NCBI GenBank assembly: GCA_964470785.1
Contig: CAYYED010000022.1
Location: 8,277 to 32,276 of the forward strand
Origin: an uncultured Candidatus Saccharibacteria bacterium
Lineage (GTDB): Bacteria; Patescibacteriota; Minisyncoccia; Minisyncoccales; PEYH01
Direction: 5' to 3'
DNA length: 24,000 nt
Positions 21,553 to 24,000 of this stretch are shown here, piece by piece. The notes below the pieces were generated by a model. That model made no database searches, was not told the origin of the DNA, and was given only the letters and a program-made list of their open reading frames with translations. The translations under genes and the position numbers were made by a program. Numbering within the stretch: position 1 is the stretch's first letter; each line of letters begins with the position of its first letter.

Positions 21553-23949
21553 TTAACTAATTTTTATTTCTTTAACGTTTAGCAGTTGAGAAATCAAGGG
21601 CAAATATTTTTTAAGCTTGCTTTTGTTTTCTGAAATAATAATTGCCCTATCTAACTTTGCTTTCATAGAAAGCTGTTTTTTTGTTTTTATTTTTCGAATC
21701 TGGGCAATAACAGAAATTGCCAATTGAAAATCTTGAACAGCCTCGGGAAAGTAGAGGAGATTTTTTAACTCTGGCAAAAGAGAGAGATGAATGCTTTTGT
21801 CTCTCTCTTTTTCTCTAAAATATTCCTGATAAATCACTTCGGTTATATGGGGCATAATCGGCGCGTAAAGCTTTAAAACGGCCAAAAGAACGCTGTAAAG
21901 AGTAAACTGCGCTCCCTTTTTAATGTTCTCGCTTTTTGGCTCGTAAAGGCGGCGCTTTATAATCTCCAAATAATAATCGCAAAAAAGCTTCCAAAAAAAG
22001 TCATCTGTTATATTCTTGGCTTTAGCATATTTATATTCATCCATTGCTTGTTTATAATCTGCCACTGCTTGATATAATTTAGTCAAAATCCATTTATCTT
22101 CATCTTTAAGGTATTCGGCGTCTTTGATAGAAAAATCATATTCTTTAAGATGCATTAAAGAGAAATTAGAAGCATTCCAAACTTTGTTGACCGTTCTTCT
22201 GCCAATTTTTATCTCCTCTTCCGAATAGCGCAAATCATCGCCCGGAGAAGATTGGGAAGCCCAATAACGTAAAGCGTCTGCTCCGTATTTTTCAATTATT
22301 TCTTTGGGCTCTATAATATTTCCTTTTGACTTGGACATTTTTTCGCCATTAGGGTCTAAAACAAAACCTGAAATCATTACATCTTGCCACGGCAATTCCT
22401 GGAAATTAAGATAAGAGCGCGCCAAGGTATAAAAAAGCCAAAAATTGATAATGTCGTGCGCTTGCGGACGCAAAGACATAGGGCCTAAACCGCTGACTTT
22501 GTCAGCGGTCGGCCAAGTCGGCTCAAAACCATAAAAAGAATAAGCAATTTGCGGGGTTAAAGAACTGGTTACCCAGGTGTCAAAAACATCTTTTTCCGGA
22601 ACAAATTTTTTGCTTCCGCATTGGCATTGTTTTTTCGGAACACTGTGCAAAGGATCAACCGGCAAATCATCAATCTCAGGCAAAATTATTTGTCCACACT
22701 CTTGGCAATACCAAATAGGAATAGGAATTCCAAAATATCTCTGTCGGGAAATACACCAGTCCCAGCGCAAACCCTCAATCCAATGGTCTAACCGCGTTTT
22801 CATATACGGGGGATGCCAATTAAGTTTTTGTGATTGCTGAAGAAACTTATCTTTTAAATCAAGGTATTTGATAAACCATTGTTCGGTAACCAAAATCTCA
22901 ATTGGCGTGCCGCATCTTTCATGGACATTAAAAGTGTGAATAATATTTTTTTGGCCTTTAACTGCGCCTATTTCTTTTAATTTTTCCAAAACTTTACTCC
23001 GGGATTGTTCAACCGACAAACCGGCAAATTCATTAGCTAATGCATTCATTGTTCCGTTTTTTTCAATCGAAATCCTTAAAGGCAATTGGTGCTTAAAATA
23101 CCACTCTATATCCTGCGTATCTCCAAAAGTGCAGCACATTACCGCACCGGTGCCTTTTTCCATATCAACACTGTCATCCTGCAAAACAGGCACCTCTTGT
23201 CCGAATATCGGGACAATAACATTTTTGCCCACAAAAGCGCGGTATCTTTTGTCTTTTGGATGGACAAAAACTGCTACACAGCTTGGCAAAAGCTCGGGCC
23301 GCGTAGTAGCAATGCATATGCTATGCATATGCTCTCTCGCAGAATGCACGCTCTGAAATTCAATTTCAGTAAATAAAGATTCTTTTTCTTTGTCTTGGAC
23401 TTCGGCTTGGGCAATAGCGGTCTGACATTCGGGGCACCATAAAACAGGGGATTCTTTTTTATAGACCCTGTTTTTGTTATAAAGTTCTATAAAATATTGC
23501 TGGCTTAGCTTTTGAACTTCGGGGCTGATGGTTGAGTAGGGTTTGGAAAAATCGCAGGACATGCCAATGCTCTTCCAATCAGAAATAAATTCGGGCAAGA
23601 GGTGTTTAATGGTTCTTCGACACAAATCAATAAATCGTTCCCTGCCTAAATCAAAAAGTTTTACTTTGCCGATTTCTTCTATTAGCTTTTCCGTGGGCAA
23701 GCCGTTGTCATCGGTGCCAAAAGGATAAAAAACATTTTCTCCTTTCATTCTATGATAGCGGGCAATAATATCTTGATGCGCATAAGAAAAAGCATGGCCT
23801 AAGTGCATTTTACCGCTGACCGTGGGCGGGGGAGTATCAATAGAAAAAACTTTCCCCTTTTTTTGGGAATTGAATTCAAAAATTTTCTCTTTATGCCAAA
23901 ACTCCTGCCATTTTGGCTCTTGTCTTTGAAAATCATATATTTTTTCCAT
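21553..23949 (-). CDS. valS: Valine--tRNA ligase (compact archaeal-like type)
   Basis: IDTPPPTVSGKMHLGHAFSYAHQDIIARYHRMKG (HIGH region), GTDDNGLPTE and KMSKSKGN. Length 798 aa. Confidence 0.85.
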   Translation of the reverse strand: MEKIYDFQRQEPKWQEFWHKEKIFEFNSQKKGKVFSIDTPPPTVSGKMHLGHAFSYAHQDIIARYHRMKGENVFYPFGTDDNGLPTEKLIEEIGKVKLFDLGRERFIDLCRRTIKHLLPEFISDWKSIGMSCDFSKPYSTISPEVQKLSQQYFIELYNKNRVYKKESPVLWCPECQTAIAQAEVQDKEKESLFTEIEFQSVHSAREHMHSICIATTRPELLPSCVAVFVHPKDKRYRAFVGKNVIVPIFGQEVPVLQDDSVDMEKGTGAVMCCTFGDTQDIEWYFKHQLPLRISIEKNGTMNALANEFAGLSVEQSRSKVLEKLKEIGAVKGQKNIIHTFNVHERCGTPIEILVTEQWFIKYLDLKDKFLQQSQKLNWHPPYMKTRLDHWIEGLRWDWCISRQRYFGIPIPIWYCQECGQIILPEIDDLPVDPLHSVPKKQCQCGSKKFVPEKDVFDTWVTSSLTPQIAYSFYGFEPTWPTADKVSGLGPMSLRPQAHDIINFWLFYTLARSYLNFQELPWQDVMISGFVLDPNGEKMSKSKGNIIEPKEIIEKYGADALRYWASQSSPGDDLRYSEEEIKIGRRTVNKVWNASNFSLMHLKEYDFSIKDAEYLKDEDKWILTKLYQAVADYKQAMDEYKYAKAKNITDDFFWKLFCDYYLEIIKRRLYEPKSENIKKGAQFTLYSVLLAVLKLYAPIMPHITEVIYQEYFREKERDKSIHLSLLPELKNLLYFPEAVQDFQLAISVIAQIRKIKTKKQLSMKAKLDRAIIISENKSKLKKYLPLISQLLNVKEIKIS

Positions 23950-23954
23950 ACCTT

Positions 23955-23984
23955 ATTTTAGCAAATATTGACAGGCCTTGGCAA
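23955..23984 (-). promoter_or_regulatory. Possible valS promoter (TTGCCA-N18-TAAAAT on the minus strand)
   Basis: Minus-strand -35 at 23984-23979 and -10 at 23960-23955. The ATG lies 5 nt after the -10. Confidence 0.3.
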
Positions 23985-24000
23985 TTGCAGTTCTTAAAAA

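Noticed and set aside
1-24000. Alternative genetic code (UGA recoding, as in some CPR lineages)
   Set aside because: All housekeeping genes are full length with standard stops, and TGA terminates the acd beta-like subunit gene (and island ORF1) at sensible positions. Code 11 fits.

Overview
This is an AT-rich bacterial window, roughly one-third GC by eye. Its gene content and style fit a small-genome Patescibacteria/CPR-like organism; that placement is inference. The housekeeping genes read cleanly under the standard code. On the plus strand they are a 5'-truncated EndoQ-like PHP protein, ftsZ, galU, trxB, eno, gpmA, a membrane-anchored thioredoxin-fold protein, a small glutaredoxin, gap, a split ADP-forming acetyl-CoA synthetase, an intein-containing ppsA, a PfkB kinase and trpS. 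valS is on the minus strand. Most intergenic spacers hold several families of GC-rich palindromic REP-like elements, and one of these sits in frame inside trpS. The standout is a visibly GC-rich island of about 3.4 kb (about 9100-12520) between gap and acd. Its ORFs use perfect Shine-Dalgarno sites, while the host genes around it show none. In order, the island contains: (1) three perfectly phased consensus sigma70 promoters; (2) a structured leader of about 350-560 nt; (3) two overlapping, apparently paralogous orphan ORFs; (4) a complete type III hammerhead ribozyme directly after them; (5) a chain of perfect hairpins with an SD-sequestered Arg-rich mini-ORF; (6) a third orphan ORF with a pseudoknot-capable 3' region; and (7) a rod-shaped RNA of about 170 nt ending in an intrinsic terminator. 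I recognise no integrase, transposase, RT, Cas or known toxin gene in it. I cannot assign it to any described system, so it is my candidate for the novel element. No rRNA, tRNA or CRISPR array was seen.
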